The notes under the pieces are model-generated. The model had not been told where the DNA came from, searched no databases, and was given only the letters and a program-made list of their open reading frames with translations. The translations under genes were made by a program, and so were the position numbers. Of a stretch of DNA of 64,000 bases, positions 35,539 to 45,274 are shown in pieces (within the stretch, counting starts at the first letter, position 1; each line of letters opens with the position of its first letter). Source of the DNA: an uncultured Bacteroidales bacterium (GTDB lineage: Bacteria; Bacteroidota; Bacteroidia; Bacteroidales; WCHB1-69); contig OMYJ01000007.1 in the NCBI GenBank assembly GCA_900315245.1, positions 93,256-157,255 on the forward strand, in the 5' to 3' direction.

Positions 35539-38500
35539 TTGCGGAGGCAGCGGACGGAAAACGCACTGTTTTGACCATGGGAAGTGAAGTTGAAACCACA
35601 GAAGTCTGAACAAGAGCTTCTCAAACAGGCGTGCTCAACATTAACATTTGACGGGTCGTCGGTAATCCAAAACACTGCTTCTTCAAGGAAATGGCTTGCA
35701 GAGCCGCAGCCCGCAGGCAGAGCGGAGAACCCCGAGGCGTTATTGGTTGCGGGAGTATTGCCCACGGAGCATTCGTTGTCGGAATAAGACCAGAACTTTG
35801 TGGAAGCCAATGCCTTGGCGACGAGATTGCTGTCGTCACCGCATCTGTATTCTGCTTGGCTGCCTACGTAATCGACAAGTTGATGCCACTCTGCGGCACT
35901 CGGTACGTGCCAACCTGCAGGGCAGACGCCTTGCAAGCCGCTGGGGTTGGCACTGCTGGTGTCCGAACCATGCAAAGCAGCCGCTCTGTTGTAGAGATAT
36001 CCGAATATGGGGACCGCCTCGTTATCGCCATTCCAAGGGGCAAAGCGATAGGGTGTGGTTGCGTATGTGGTTGCATTATAGCCAAGAGCTATCGCCGAGC
36101 CGTCGGCAAAGTGCGTGGCCCGCAAGTTCTCCCTCAGCCAGCACTGGGTGCCGATTTGAATGGTGCGGTAGATGTTGCCGTCGAAGTCCATCACGGTACT
36201 GCCTCCGCAGGAGTCAGGCCAGTAGGTGGTGAAACTCCGCTCTTCCCCGTAGGCAGTGCCCACATCGCTGGTGGCGTAGGGTCGCAAATAGTAGGTGGTG
36301 CCGGGCGACAGACCTGTGATTTCGCTGTTGAAGCGGCCTGTGCCGATGCCTTCGGAGGTGTGGCTGTCACCCACGGTAGGGTTTTGGGAGGTGCTCCAGC
36401 AAAATCCTCTGGTGGTTACCGCCGATCCGCCGCTGGCCGTCACAAAACCTATGCAGGAGGCCGAAGTGGCGTCAATGCCGTCGAGAGTGATAAGCGAGAC
36501 GACCGGCAAAACAGCCGTACTGCTGTCCACCCCCGAATCATTTAGAAGACAACGTACGGAAACGACATCGTAACCACTGTTGAAGGAAATATCCCCCCAG
36601 TTACGGAACGTCTTTTCCTCGGTGTCCTGGCCGCCATCGCCGAGCCCCGATCCGAAAAACGAAAAGGAATCGTAACAGAAGAAACGGGCTTCATCATGGT
36701 AGTAAAAATTCCAGGAAAAGAAGCCTGCCGGCAACGCAGAAAAACCGGTGGCATTGTTGGAAGGCAAATCCATCTTAGGAGAACACAAACTTAGAGGAGG
36801 GATCACTCCTGCGCCATTTTCCCATCGGGTGGTGGAGGCCAATGCTTTGGATATGTTGTTGCCGTTGCAAGTATATTGGCTTTGGCTACCCACAAAATTC
36901 ATCAACTGTTCGGATTCAGTACAACTGGGTATATGCCATCCCTCAGGACAAATCCCTTGCACCCCGTCGGGATTGGAGTCGTTTCCGTTAGCTCCATGCA
37001 TTGCTGCCCCCATATTGTAAAGGTAGCCATAAATGGGCACATTGCCACTGTTGTCTCCGGGTGCTCTTCGATAATTGTCATAGGAAGAGGGGTACTCGGG
37101 GATGGTCATGCCATCGGGATAGTGCGTGGTGCGAAGGTTCTCCTTCATCCAGCACTGGGTGCCGATTTCGACCGTGGGATAGCGGTTGCCGTCGTAGTCG
37201 GCCACTGAGTCGATGCCGCAGTAGAACGGACCTATGACCGTGTCGGAAGGCAAGGTGGTAAAGCTGCGCTCCTCCCCGTAGGCCGTGCCCACACTGTTGG
37301 TGGCGTAGGCCCGGACATAATAGGTGGTGTTGGCGTACAAGCCGAAGATGTGGCTTGTGAAACTGCCGACACCGCTGCCGTCGCTGGTGTGGATGTTGCT
37401 CAAGGTAGGGCTCTGCGTCGTGCTCCAGCAGACACCGCGCATCGTCACGGCACTGCCGCCGTCATACGTCACATTGCCGCCGCAGACCGCCCCGTGGATT
37501 GCGGTGTCCGTCACCATGAATGTGTGCACCTCCGGCAGATCCGACTGCGTGTCGAAGTAAAGTATGTCTCCATAGGTGATTCCCAGGTCCGTCCTGGCAT
37601 AGGCCCGGTAGTAGTATCGGGTGCCCATCTGCAGGCCGCTGACCTCATAATGGAAACTTCCGCCGCCCGCGCCGTCCGTGTAGTCGGAGGCCCCGACCAA
37701 CTGGGCGTTGTCGGTGATCAGGAAACCGCGGCTGAAAACAGGATATCCGGAGGTCTCCACTACCAAACCGTTCAGCTTGGCCTCCGTGGGCGTGATGTTG
37801 GTCGCGGCTTCGGTCGTCACGGTGGGCAGCGGCAAGTTGAACGGAAGCGTAATCAATTCCGAACCGTTTTGCATCTGAAGCACCGGATCACTGGTGAAAT
37901 CCGTTCCCGCCAAATGGACGTCGCCCACATACAGCATCCAGTCGCCGTAGTTGAACGGCAGGTTGGTGTTGCCCTTGGCGTTGTCATCCGACTTTGCCAT
38001 GGGAGAAGTCTCCCCTTTGCCGAGGTATTCGAGGCGGTTCTGTCCGGCGCGGCCTGCATTGACCATCTTGATCTGGATGGTGCCGCCGTCTGTCCGGGCG
38101 TTGAGCAGGTAGGTCTGCGGGGACGCTAACCAGGAGCGGAATCTGTGGCTTCCCGGATCTAATGAACCTGAGTGGGTGGCCGTCACGATGCCGTTCAAAT
38201 CGCAGATTTCGAGCAGCACCGCTGAAGCTTCCGGCAGGTAGAGTACAAAGTCAGTCACCCCGTCAAAAGGGTTCGGCACATTCTGGAAAAGCCGCACGCC
38301 GTCACTGAGCTGTTCGATTTCTTCAATGCCGGTTTGCCCGATGAAGAGAGTTGTGTCGGGATAGTAGAGCATCTCCTGCCAGTGTTTGGTGACATTCTCC
38401 ACGGTGACGGTGCTCAACGGCACGTGCTGGCCGAATTAGTCTTGTCCGGTAAATTGCAGGGTGACGGGGGCTTGGGCGTGGCCTAACAATGAGCAAACGA

Positions 38501-38546
38501 CCAAGACGGTCATATAGACAATCTTATTCAAGTCAAGTTGGGCCAT
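35535..38546 (-). pseudogene. FISUMP (Fibrobacter succinogenes major paralogous domain) surface protein interrupted by an in-frame TAA after the signal peptide
   Basis: ATG 38546 encodes MAQLDLNKIVYMTVLVVCSLLGHAQAPVTLQFTGQD. TAA follows at 38438..38436. The same frame then continues FGQHVPLSTVTVENV... as track ORF 35535..38423. Two FISUMP-type modules are present (DYDGNRYPTVEIGTQCWMKENL; DFDGNIYRTIQIGTQCWLRENL). Confidence 0.7.
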
Positions 38547-38570
38547 ACAAATTTTCGCGAATAAAACGTG

Positions 38571-38578
38571 CAAAAATA
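38571..38578 (-). promoter_or_regulatory. -7 box (TATTTTTG) for the FISUMP gene
   Basis: 25 nt upstream of ATG 38546, inside three imperfect copies of ACAAATTTTCGCGAATAAAA. Confidence 0.55.
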
Positions 38579-38642
38579 CAAATTTTCGCGAATAAAAGTG
38601 GGAAATACACAAATTTTCGCAAATAACGGTCTTGCGGCGTGG

Positions 38643-39572
38643 CTAAGGGTGGCGTTCCATTGTCACCCTGAAACCGACGGAAACGCTGACATCATCGCCG
38701 TTGTAGAAGTCCCGGCCGGTCACGCGGCAATAGGTGGGGAAATAGGTCCATGCGCCGCCTCGCAGCACGAACAGGCTTCCGGAATCGGCAAGCGGGTCTG
38801 TCTGTGGCGTGCTGGGGTACGGTCCGTAGGTGTCCAGGCACCACTCCCACAGACTGCCGCTCATGTCGTGGAGACCCAATTCGTTGGGAAGTTTCCCGCC
38901 CACGGGATGCAATGAACCGTTGGCGTTTTCCTTGTGCCAGGCTACCTCATCTACATCGTTGCTGCCACTGTAACGCAAATGCAGAGACTGGTTCCCGCCC
39001 CGTGCGGCGTATTCCCATTGCGCCTCGGTAGGCAGCCGGAAGGGAAGACGGGTCATGGCACTCAGCCTTTCCACAAACCGCAATGCGTCGGTTCGCGACA
39101 CATTGTAGGCGGGGAAATCATCCCCTCTCCCGTATTGTTCCGGCCAGTCCAGCTCGTCGCCCATGATTGTGCGCCATTCCTGTTGGGTGATTTCGAACTT
39201 GCCGATAAAGTAATTGCTGAGTGTCACCTCATGTACGGGATTTTCGTTGTCGCGGGCCTCGGTGTCGTAATTGTCGGATTGGGGATCACTGTTTTGCGCA
39301 CCCATTCTAAAAGTTCCACCCGACACGCTCACCATATTCGCAACGAGGTTCCGCACCACAATTTTCTGTTCGTCGCTGATGTCCATCGTGTCGGCCCAGT
39401 GGATGAGGATCCCGTTGATATCATCCACCTTCGAGAAATCGTCGTGCTCGTAGAGGTAGTCCCCCTGCTCAAAGACGGGATCCTTCCCGCAAGAGAAAGC
39501 TGCAAGTCCCATGAAAACAAGAGCGACCACAACGAACAGGGGTGATATACGTTTATACTGTTGCAAGTTCAT
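38643..39572 (-). CDS. Formylglycine-generating-enzyme (FGE-sulfatase/SUMF1) family protein
   Basis: GGTFRMGAQ, NPVHEVTLSNYFIGKFEITQQEW, LPTEAQWEYAARGG, LHDMSGSLWEWC, RGGAW. Confidence 0.85.
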   Translation of the reverse strand: MNLQQYKRISPLFVVVALVFMGLAAFSCGKDPVFEQGDYLYEHDDFSKVDDINGILIHWADTMDISDEQKIVVRNLVANMVSVSGGTFRMGAQNSDPQSDNYDTEARDNENPVHEVTLSNYFIGKFEITQQEWRTIMGDELDWPEQYGRGDDFPAYNVSRTDALRFVERLSAMTRLPFRLPTEAQWEYAARGGNQSLHLRYSGSNDVDEVAWHKENANGSLHPVGGKLPNELGLHDMSGSLWEWCLDTYGPYPSTPQTDPLADSGSLFVLRGGAWTYFPTYCRVTGRDFYNGDDVSVSVGFRVTMERHP

Positions 39573-39597
39573 AACATGAATTGTCCATTATCAATTA

Positions 39598-40815
39598 TCA
39601 ATTATCAATTCCAAAACTGTACCCAATCCCCACACGAGCACCCCATGCACACTTCATGTCGTTAATCCGATTCAGGTTGTACATCATGCCCGTGGCTTCG
39701 GCGGAAAGGGCGAGGCGCCAGACGTGGAACATCACGCCGAGCGAGGCGGTGGGACCATAGTAGTTCCGTTTCGGGAAGTTATGCCAGCCCTGGTCGCTTT
39801 CGAAGTTGAGGGTTCGGTAGCCGAAACCGGCTCCAATATGGAGGGAGAACAGGTCGTGGGGACGGACAACCAATCCCAACTGTCCTTCAAGGTAGGTGGT
39901 CTTGGAGACACCAGTGAGAACGTAATGTACGTTGGGACTGAAGGTGGAGAATGCGCCTTTGTAGTTGAAGTTGGTCATCGCGCTGAGATACCAGCCGAGT
40001 CTCCGCATGGTGCCGACCTTGAATCCGAAGGACCATTGTGGCATCGCGGTGTAGGTGGTGTTGAGGGTGAAGAAGGTGGTCAGCGGGTAGGCGTTGAGGA
40101 ATGCCTTTCGTTTGGCGGCTTTTCCTTGTCTTTCGGCGGCCTTTTCGGCGGCGAGAAGGGCACGTATGGAGACCTTCGTGGTGTCGTTGGCAGTCGTTCG
40201 GGAGGGTGGGGAAACTGTTTCTGTCTTCCCAACGCTATCCCTCTCATCACGCCTTAAGTTATAGTCATTGCCATAGTTATTGTTATAGTTGTTGTTATTG
40301 TCCCCGTCCTCGTCCCCGCCATCGTAATCCATCGCCAGTCGGAATCCCGTGGAGGCATCGTTGCCACCAAGGTAGAAGGAGGGGGTGACGTCCGGGAGGA
40401 GACCCGTCTGGACGGCACACGTCCATTCCGATTCCGTGGGGAGGCGGTACTGCATATTCGTTTTCTGGTTAAGCCAGAAGATGAAAAGCTGCACCTCGTC
40501 GCGGGAGACGTTGGTCACGGGCAGATAGTCGTCGGCCTCTCCGTTCGCGTGGGTACCCATGACCTCGTTCCAAAGCCGTCGCGTGACCTTATGCTTGGCG
40601 ATATAGAAACCTTTAGCGAGGGCAGTGCCTGTTTGCGCGGCTGAAGCGTCGTTCATGGACAGACAAGACGGCACAAAGCGCATCTCGATGACGGGGTTGC
40701 TATTGTGCGAGATGTCGTTTTGGGAATAGAGAAGTGACGGGAATACGGTTGATAAAAGACACACTATCAGCGTGATAAGAAATATTTGCCGTGATGCTGA
40801 TGTGTTCTTTGCCAT
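39598..40815 (-). CDS. Secreted protein with a partial FGE-sulfatase-like N-domain, an Asn/Asp-rich linker and a beta-barrel-like C-domain
   Basis: Signal peptide. FYIAKHKVTRRLWNEVMG...LPTESEW. Linker GGDEDGDNNNNYNNNYGNDYN. The C-terminal 170 aa show alternating hydrophobic strands. Confidence 0.5.
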   Translation of the reverse strand: MAKNTSASRQIFLITLIVCLLSTVFPSLLYSQNDISHNSNPVIEMRFVPSCLSMNDASAAQTGTALAKGFYIAKHKVTRRLWNEVMGTHANGEADDYLPVTNVSRDEVQLFIFWLNQKTNMQYRLPTESEWTCAVQTGLLPDVTPSFYLGGNDASTGFRLAMDYDGGDEDGDNNNNYNNNYGNDYNLRRDERDSVGKTETVSPPSRTTANDTTKVSIRALLAAEKAAERQGKAAKRKAFLNAYPLTTFFTLNTTYTAMPQWSFGFKVGTMRRLGWYLSAMTNFNYKGAFSTFSPNVHYVLTGVSKTTYLEGQLGLVVRPHDLFSLHIGAGFGYRTLNFESDQGWHNFPKRNYYGPTASLGVMFHVWRLALSAEATGMMYNLNRINDMKCAWGARVGIGYSFGIDN

Positions 40816-40853
40816 AAAGTCCGAAATTCTTCCATGATCTTTGAAAGATTCGG

Positions 40854-40861
40854 CAAAATTA
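40854..40861 (-). promoter_or_regulatory. -7 box (TAATTTTG)
   Basis: 39 nt upstream of ATG 40815. Confidence 0.5.
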
Positions 40862-40967
40862 CAAAAAAATCCAAATCATAGCCTTTTGAGACAACATACT
40901 CACTATAGTAATTAAACATATCAGGAAAGAGAGCAATACATGATAAAGATTCCTATTGTTTTTTTCA

Positions 40968-42437
40968 TTAAATGAGTGTTGGTTGCTGGAAAAGATGGTT
41001 TAAGGTAACCACGTGCTGGAAAATCCCGCTGTGCACATTTTGGTGAAGACCGAAAGTGGTGACCAACACATGTTGCAAGGCTTTTTTTGTTTTGGTTTCT
41101 TTGCGAAACAAGGTTTCCCTGTTGCGAAGATGTTCTGCATAACTGGCATCCACCGTGAAATTATCTTGAGCGTATTTCATTTCGCAAACACTGATTACAT
41201 TGTCGTTCCGGTCTATCAGCAAGTCAATCTGCCCTCCTTTCCAGTGTGTCCCATCGCTATCGGTGAATGGTTTGCAAAGCCAAGTGTATGCGTTGCTCAA
41301 AATCCCCAGAATGCTCATGCTGCTTTTGATTTGATTCAAATGCAGCAGACACACCTGTTCGAAAGCATATCCAGACCATGCGTTTTTAGCCCCTGACCCT
41401 TGTATGTTGGTCCAGAAAAGCTCGTCTTGCCCGCTCCCTTTGGCTACAAATCGCAGGTGAAAAAGTGAAAAAAGGTCAGTAAGCTGATACAAGGTGTTCT
41501 TTTCCTTTTTTCCGAATTCGGTATATTTTCGTATGAAGTCGCATTTGCACAGATTCTCCAAGGCGAGGGTCAGTACCCCTCCATCTCCTATGCCGATTTC
41601 AGACATGATCTCTTTTCTGGTAAGTCCTTTGAGTTTCGTGGACAGAGCCTCCACGATGTTTTGGTAGAGTTTGGATTCTTTGAAAAGAGAGCGGAACAGA
41701 AAGGTATATTCATTCCTCAGAGGAGCGTCTTTCCCGAAAAACAGTCGGTCGATGTTGCGGCTCAACGGCAGATTGGTTTCCATCATGTCAAGATAATAGG
41801 GAATACCGCCCATAATCATATACGTTTCCAGAATCTGCATTCTTCCCCAATTTAATCCTTTGATTTTCAGAAAGTATTGTTCAGTTTCATCCAACGAGAA
41901 AGGGGACAAATGGATGGGACGGCAAACGCGTCCGTAAAGGCCGCCCTTGTCGCCGACAAATTTGTCAAGCATCCAAGTGGTGGCTGATCCGCATACAAAC
42001 AGTTTGAGGTTGGGTTGTGTGGATCCCCATGTGTTCCAAAAGTTGGAGAAAGCGGCCAGAAAATTGCTCCGTGGAGTGTCCATCCAAGGCAACTCATCCA
42101 AAAACACGACCAGCTTCTTCTTGTTCAGCGTTTTCAAATAGTCTTTCAATGCGTCAAAAGCGGTGAACCAGTCCTTCAAAGGGGGCATTTTTTCGGTTGT
42201 AAGACGTGAAAGCTCTTTCCGGAACAGAGAAAGATGCACCGCGCGGGAGGTCTCGTACATCCCCGTGAAATAAAAGTCGAACTGATTCTGAAAAAAGGAC
42301 TTCACCAAGTACGTTTTGCCAACCCGTCGTCGTCCGTAAATAGCGACAAGCTCGGCTTTTGGCGAGTCTAAGTATTGCTGTATCAAGGATTTCTCGTATT
42401 CTCTTCCAATAAATAGAGGTGTTGAAACAGTATCCAT
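40968..42437 (-). CDS. AAA ATPase (archaeal-type ATPase domain + DUF234-like C-terminus)
   Basis: From ATG 42437: FIGREYEKSLIQQYL...VAIYGRRRVGKTYLV (Walker A), VVFLDELPW (Walker B). TAnnTTTG box at 42457..42464. Confidence 0.75.
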   Translation of the reverse strand: MDTVSTPLFIGREYEKSLIQQYLDSPKAELVAIYGRRRVGKTYLVKSFFQNQFDFYFTGMYETSRAVHLSLFRKELSRLTTEKMPPLKDWFTAFDALKDYLKTLNKKKLVVFLDELPWMDTPRSNFLAAFSNFWNTWGSTQPNLKLFVCGSATTWMLDKFVGDKGGLYGRVCRPIHLSPFSLDETEQYFLKIKGLNWGRMQILETYMIMGGIPYYLDMMETNLPLSRNIDRLFFGKDAPLRNEYTFLFRSLFKESKLYQNIVEALSTKLKGLTRKEIMSEIGIGDGGVLTLALENLCKCDFIRKYTEFGKKEKNTLYQLTDLFSLFHLRFVAKGSGQDELFWTNIQGSGAKNAWSGYAFEQVCLLHLNQIKSSMSILGILSNAYTWLCKPFTDSDGTHWKGGQIDLLIDRNDNVISVCEMKYAQDNFTVDASYAEHLRNRETLFRKETKTKKALQHVLVTTFGLHQNVHSGIFQHVVTLNHLFQQPTLI

Positions 42438-42456
42438 AACGATGATTTTTCGCGGG

Positions 42457-42464
42457 CAAAAATA
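42457..42464 (-). promoter_or_regulatory. -7 box (TATTTTTG) for the AAA ATPase
   Basis: 20 nt upstream of ATG 42437. Confidence 0.55.
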
Positions 42465-42528
42465 CAAAAATATTCGGATACCATATCCGAAACCTGTCAA
42501 AAAATAGTAGTTTCGGATATAGTATCCG

Positions 42529-42888
42529 CTATTGTTTATCCGTAACTATGTAAAAATATAGGGTTTCGGATGTGCTATTGACGAGGAAGGCCGTTAAGGC
42601 TGCGGGCTCGGTGGCACAGGCTATTTCCTGATTTCCGGCTCCACAATTCTCCGTCTCCAGATCCATGATCTTGAGTCCTTCGAAGAGTTCCTTCTGTCCT
42701 TTGAAATACGAGTCTAACGTGGTGGACAGCAGGCTCTTGCCGAACCGACGCGGCCGGCAGAGGAAGACGAAAGGACTCTCCTTGGTGACCTTCCAGACCA
42801 AGTCTGTCTTGTCGATATAGAGGTAGTTCTCTTTTCTCAGCCTTTCAAAGGTCTGGATTCCCACGGGGTATTTGTGGACGGTGTTCAT
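42529..42888 (-). pseudogene. Truncated N-terminal fragment of an AAA-ATPase_like (PF09820-type) / PDDEXK_9 protein
   Basis: YPVGIQTFERLRKENYLYIDKTDLVWKV...FLCRPRRFGKSLLSTTLDSYF is the N-terminus of a family that is normally ~500 aa. Only 119 codons remain. Confidence 0.6.
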
Positions 42889-42908
42889 GACGGGCGGTTT
42901 TATCGCGG

Positions 42909-42916
42909 CAAAGGTA
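42909..42916 (-). promoter_or_regulatory. -7 box (TACCTTTG) for the truncated ATPase fragment
   Basis: 21 nt upstream of ATG 42888. Confidence 0.5.
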
Positions 42917-43033
42917 CAAATTTTTCGTTTATGGCTCATATACGATGCAAGGGCTTGGGAACGCCTTGCCGGCGAAATGTCAGCGTTGTTCTGTTCGAAT
43001 GCTCCTCAGCCGCGGGACAGGGTGTAGCCGTCC

Positions 43034-44371
43034 TCACTCCTTGACAACATACTTCGCCCGGTAGTATTCCGTGGTGGGCATCGTGGCCAAGGATTCGAGC
43101 CACAGATAGACGGAGTAGCGCACGCGGGTGTTCTCGAAGCCGAAGTAGAGGGTCTTCACACCTTTGGTGGGGATGCGGTCGTTGCACGACTGGGTGCCCT
43201 TCTTGGAGAGATCGACGTTGTACTTCAGGTCTGCCACGGGCTTGCCGTCGGCGAACTTCTTGGCCTCGGCGGAGCTGGTGAAGATGTAGAGGTTACAGTA
43301 GGCCTCCTCCTCGCGGTAGGGCTCGCAGGCGTTGAGCAGCTCGCGGAAGATGTTGGAGGAAGAGTTGTGGGATTCGTAAAGTGGTAATCCTAACAGCTTG
43401 ATTTCCTTGTATTTTTCGTCCATTCTGCGGCAGAACTGTCCGTCGGCGTTTTGGTCGCTTTGTGAAGTGGAGATACGCAGGCTGTAGGCTACGTCGGTGC
43501 TGCCGGCGGGTACTTGCATGGCTACCACCGAGCGGGTGCCGCCGCCCGAAAACAGAGCCTTGCCCTGCGAGCGCAGCGTGACCTTTCTTGGTTCCTCGAA
43601 CACGCTCTTCAGCTTAATGCCCTGGATTTTCTTTGCCCCGAAGTCTTTGGCGGTGCATTCCGACTTTTCCTCTTCGATGTCGGGGGTTTCTTTGGAGAGA
43701 TCCTCGGCCTTCGCCACGGATTTTGTTGCCGTGAAATCAACGTACTGGCTGCCCACGGGCTTGAATTCCACCACATACACGGCGGTGTGGGCGACCGGGA
43801 TGGAGTCGTGTACCACTTTCTTCCCGGCGTACGTTTTCAGCGCGGAATGGCTGTCGGCGTTATAGACCCGCAAGGTAACGTTGCCCTGCGTCTCGAAATC
43901 GAGGAACAGTTTCTCGCCTTTGCGCAGATATACCGGGTGGGATTCCGTTTCCGCAATCAGGTGGTCGCTTTCGGAGAACAGCGGCTTGCGAATGCGTTTC
44001 AGTCCTGTTTCCAACAGGGCTTTGACGGACTGTGCGGTGGAGTCGGCCTCTGCCGCCAGCTTCCGGTCCGCACGGAAAAGATCCTCATCGTCGCAGAGCG
44101 TCTGCAGCTCCTTATGGACTTTCATCAGCCGTTTGAAGTTCTTCTCCGAGGGTTCCCGTTCGAACTTGCGCACGGCGAGGGCGGCATCGCCCAACAGGTC
44201 GTCGGCTTTCTCCTTGATTATCTCCTCCGGGCTTTTCTGGGGTTGTTCGCTCATCAAGCCGTTTTTAGTAGTTTCTTGCGAGGACTGGTTTTTGCTTCCG
44301 CAAGCGGAGAGGCCCAACGACAGGGTCAGGAGGGCGATGGATGCGAGTGTGAATTGTTTTAAGGGGGTCAT
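43034..44371 (-). CDS. Lipoprotein, function unknown
   Basis: Lipobox LSLGLSACGS. 445 aa. No family recognised. Confidence 0.6.
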   Translation of the reverse strand: MTPLKQFTLASIALLTLSLGLSACGSKNQSSQETTKNGLMSEQPQKSPEEIIKEKADDLLGDAALAVRKFEREPSEKNFKRLMKVHKELQTLCDDEDLFRADRKLAAEADSTAQSVKALLETGLKRIRKPLFSESDHLIAETESHPVYLRKGEKLFLDFETQGNVTLRVYNADSHSALKTYAGKKVVHDSIPVAHTAVYVVEFKPVGSQYVDFTATKSVAKAEDLSKETPDIEEEKSECTAKDFGAKKIQGIKLKSVFEEPRKVTLRSQGKALFSGGGTRSVVAMQVPAGSTDVAYSLRISTSQSDQNADGQFCRRMDEKYKEIKLLGLPLYESHNSSSNIFRELLNACEPYREEEAYCNLYIFTSSAEAKKFADGKPVADLKYNVDLSKKGTQSCNDRIPTKGVKTLYFGFENTRVRYSVYLWLESLATMPTTEYYRAKYVVKE

Positions 44372-44397
44372 ATTGTCGTTTTTTTGTTATGTCGGTG

Positions 44398-44423
44398 TAT
44401 AGACGTTGTGCGCAACGTCTATA
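44398..44423 (-). terminator. 11-bp perfect hairpin between 44452..45225 and 43034..44371
   Basis: TATAGACGTTG-TGCG-CAACGTCTATA. There is no clear U-tract, so its function is uncertain. Confidence 0.3.
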
Positions 44424-44451
44424 CAGAGGGTAACTATTGTTCCTGGAATCA

Positions 44452-45225
44452 CTAATTGATCAGCCACGCCCCCCCGAGCCCAATTCCGTTGAAACTCCGG
44501 GGATCCTGGCAGTTGAACATCCCGTAGAGGTCGAGTTGCACACGCGGGTGTACGAGGCAGTTGAAGCCGAAGTCTAAGTCGCATTCCGCTTCGGTGTTTT
44601 TCTTTCCGTAACGGGTGAAGTAGTTGTAACTCTCCACAAAGGCTCCGAAGCGGTCGGACATATTGAAGCCGAGGCAGAGGGCAAGGAAGGTGGACGGGAT
44701 GTGCGAGACGCCTGACCATTCCGCTCCAACATTGTAGCCGATGTTGAACCACTCGGTGACGTCGTTTTGGAAGAGCAGGTAGAGCGACGGGGCCACATGG
44801 GGTTGCACACCTCCGTCGGGCACGCGGGTGAGTGGGATGGCGAGGTTGGCCATCAGGGAGATTTTGGGCACCCACTTGTAGCCTTCGAAGATTTTGACTT
44901 TGGTGCCGATGACGAGCGGCTGCACGTCGTAGGACCAGTAACGGAGTCCATGATGGTCGAAGCGGCAGTACGAGCCATCGTACTCAAGTCGCAGTTCAGC
45001 GAAGCGGGTTACGCCGAAGCGCAGCATTGTGGTGGGCAGCAGGAATCCTGGGGAACCGTTCCAGGTGCTTTCAAAGCCGGTCTCCCACACCACTTTCAGG
45101 AAGGGGGTGACGTCGGGTCCCGTCGCCATTCCGGGCCGGTCGGCGGAGAGGGTGGGGGAGTCGGTTTGGGCGTTGGCGGTAACGAAGCACGCCAGGAGGA
45201 GGAAAAGGGGGAATAGTTTCTTCAT
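44452..45225 (-). CDS. Outer-membrane beta-barrel protein (MetA-pathway/phenol-degradation-like transporter family, tentative)
   Basis: Signal peptide. N-terminal LSADRPGMATGPDV motif. Beta-strand periodicity. Confidence 0.45.
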   Translation of the reverse strand: MKKLFPLFLLLACFVTANAQTDSPTLSADRPGMATGPDVTPFLKVVWETGFESTWNGSPGFLLPTTMLRFGVTRFAELRLEYDGSYCRFDHHGLRYWSYDVQPLVIGTKVKIFEGYKWVPKISLMANLAIPLTRVPDGGVQPHVAPSLYLLFQNDVTEWFNIGYNVGAEWSGVSHIPSTFLALCLGFNMSDRFGAFVESYNYFTRYGKKNTEAECDLDFGFNCLVHPRVQLDLYGMFNCQDPRSFNGIGLGGAWLIN

Positions 45226-45274
45226 ATTCTATAGGAGGTGTGGTTGTTTTGTTAAAATGTTTGTTTTCAGTTTT

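Noticed and set aside
38643-38790. The C-terminus of the FGE-sulfatase protein (RGGAWTYFPTYCRVTGRDFYNGDDVSVSVGFRV) resembles a DGR variable region, and Avd-like four-helix-bundle genes are present in the window
   Set aside because: I found no template-repeat copy of this ~130-nt segment anywhere in the window, and no reverse transcriptase ORF. It is treated as an ordinary FGE-family protein.
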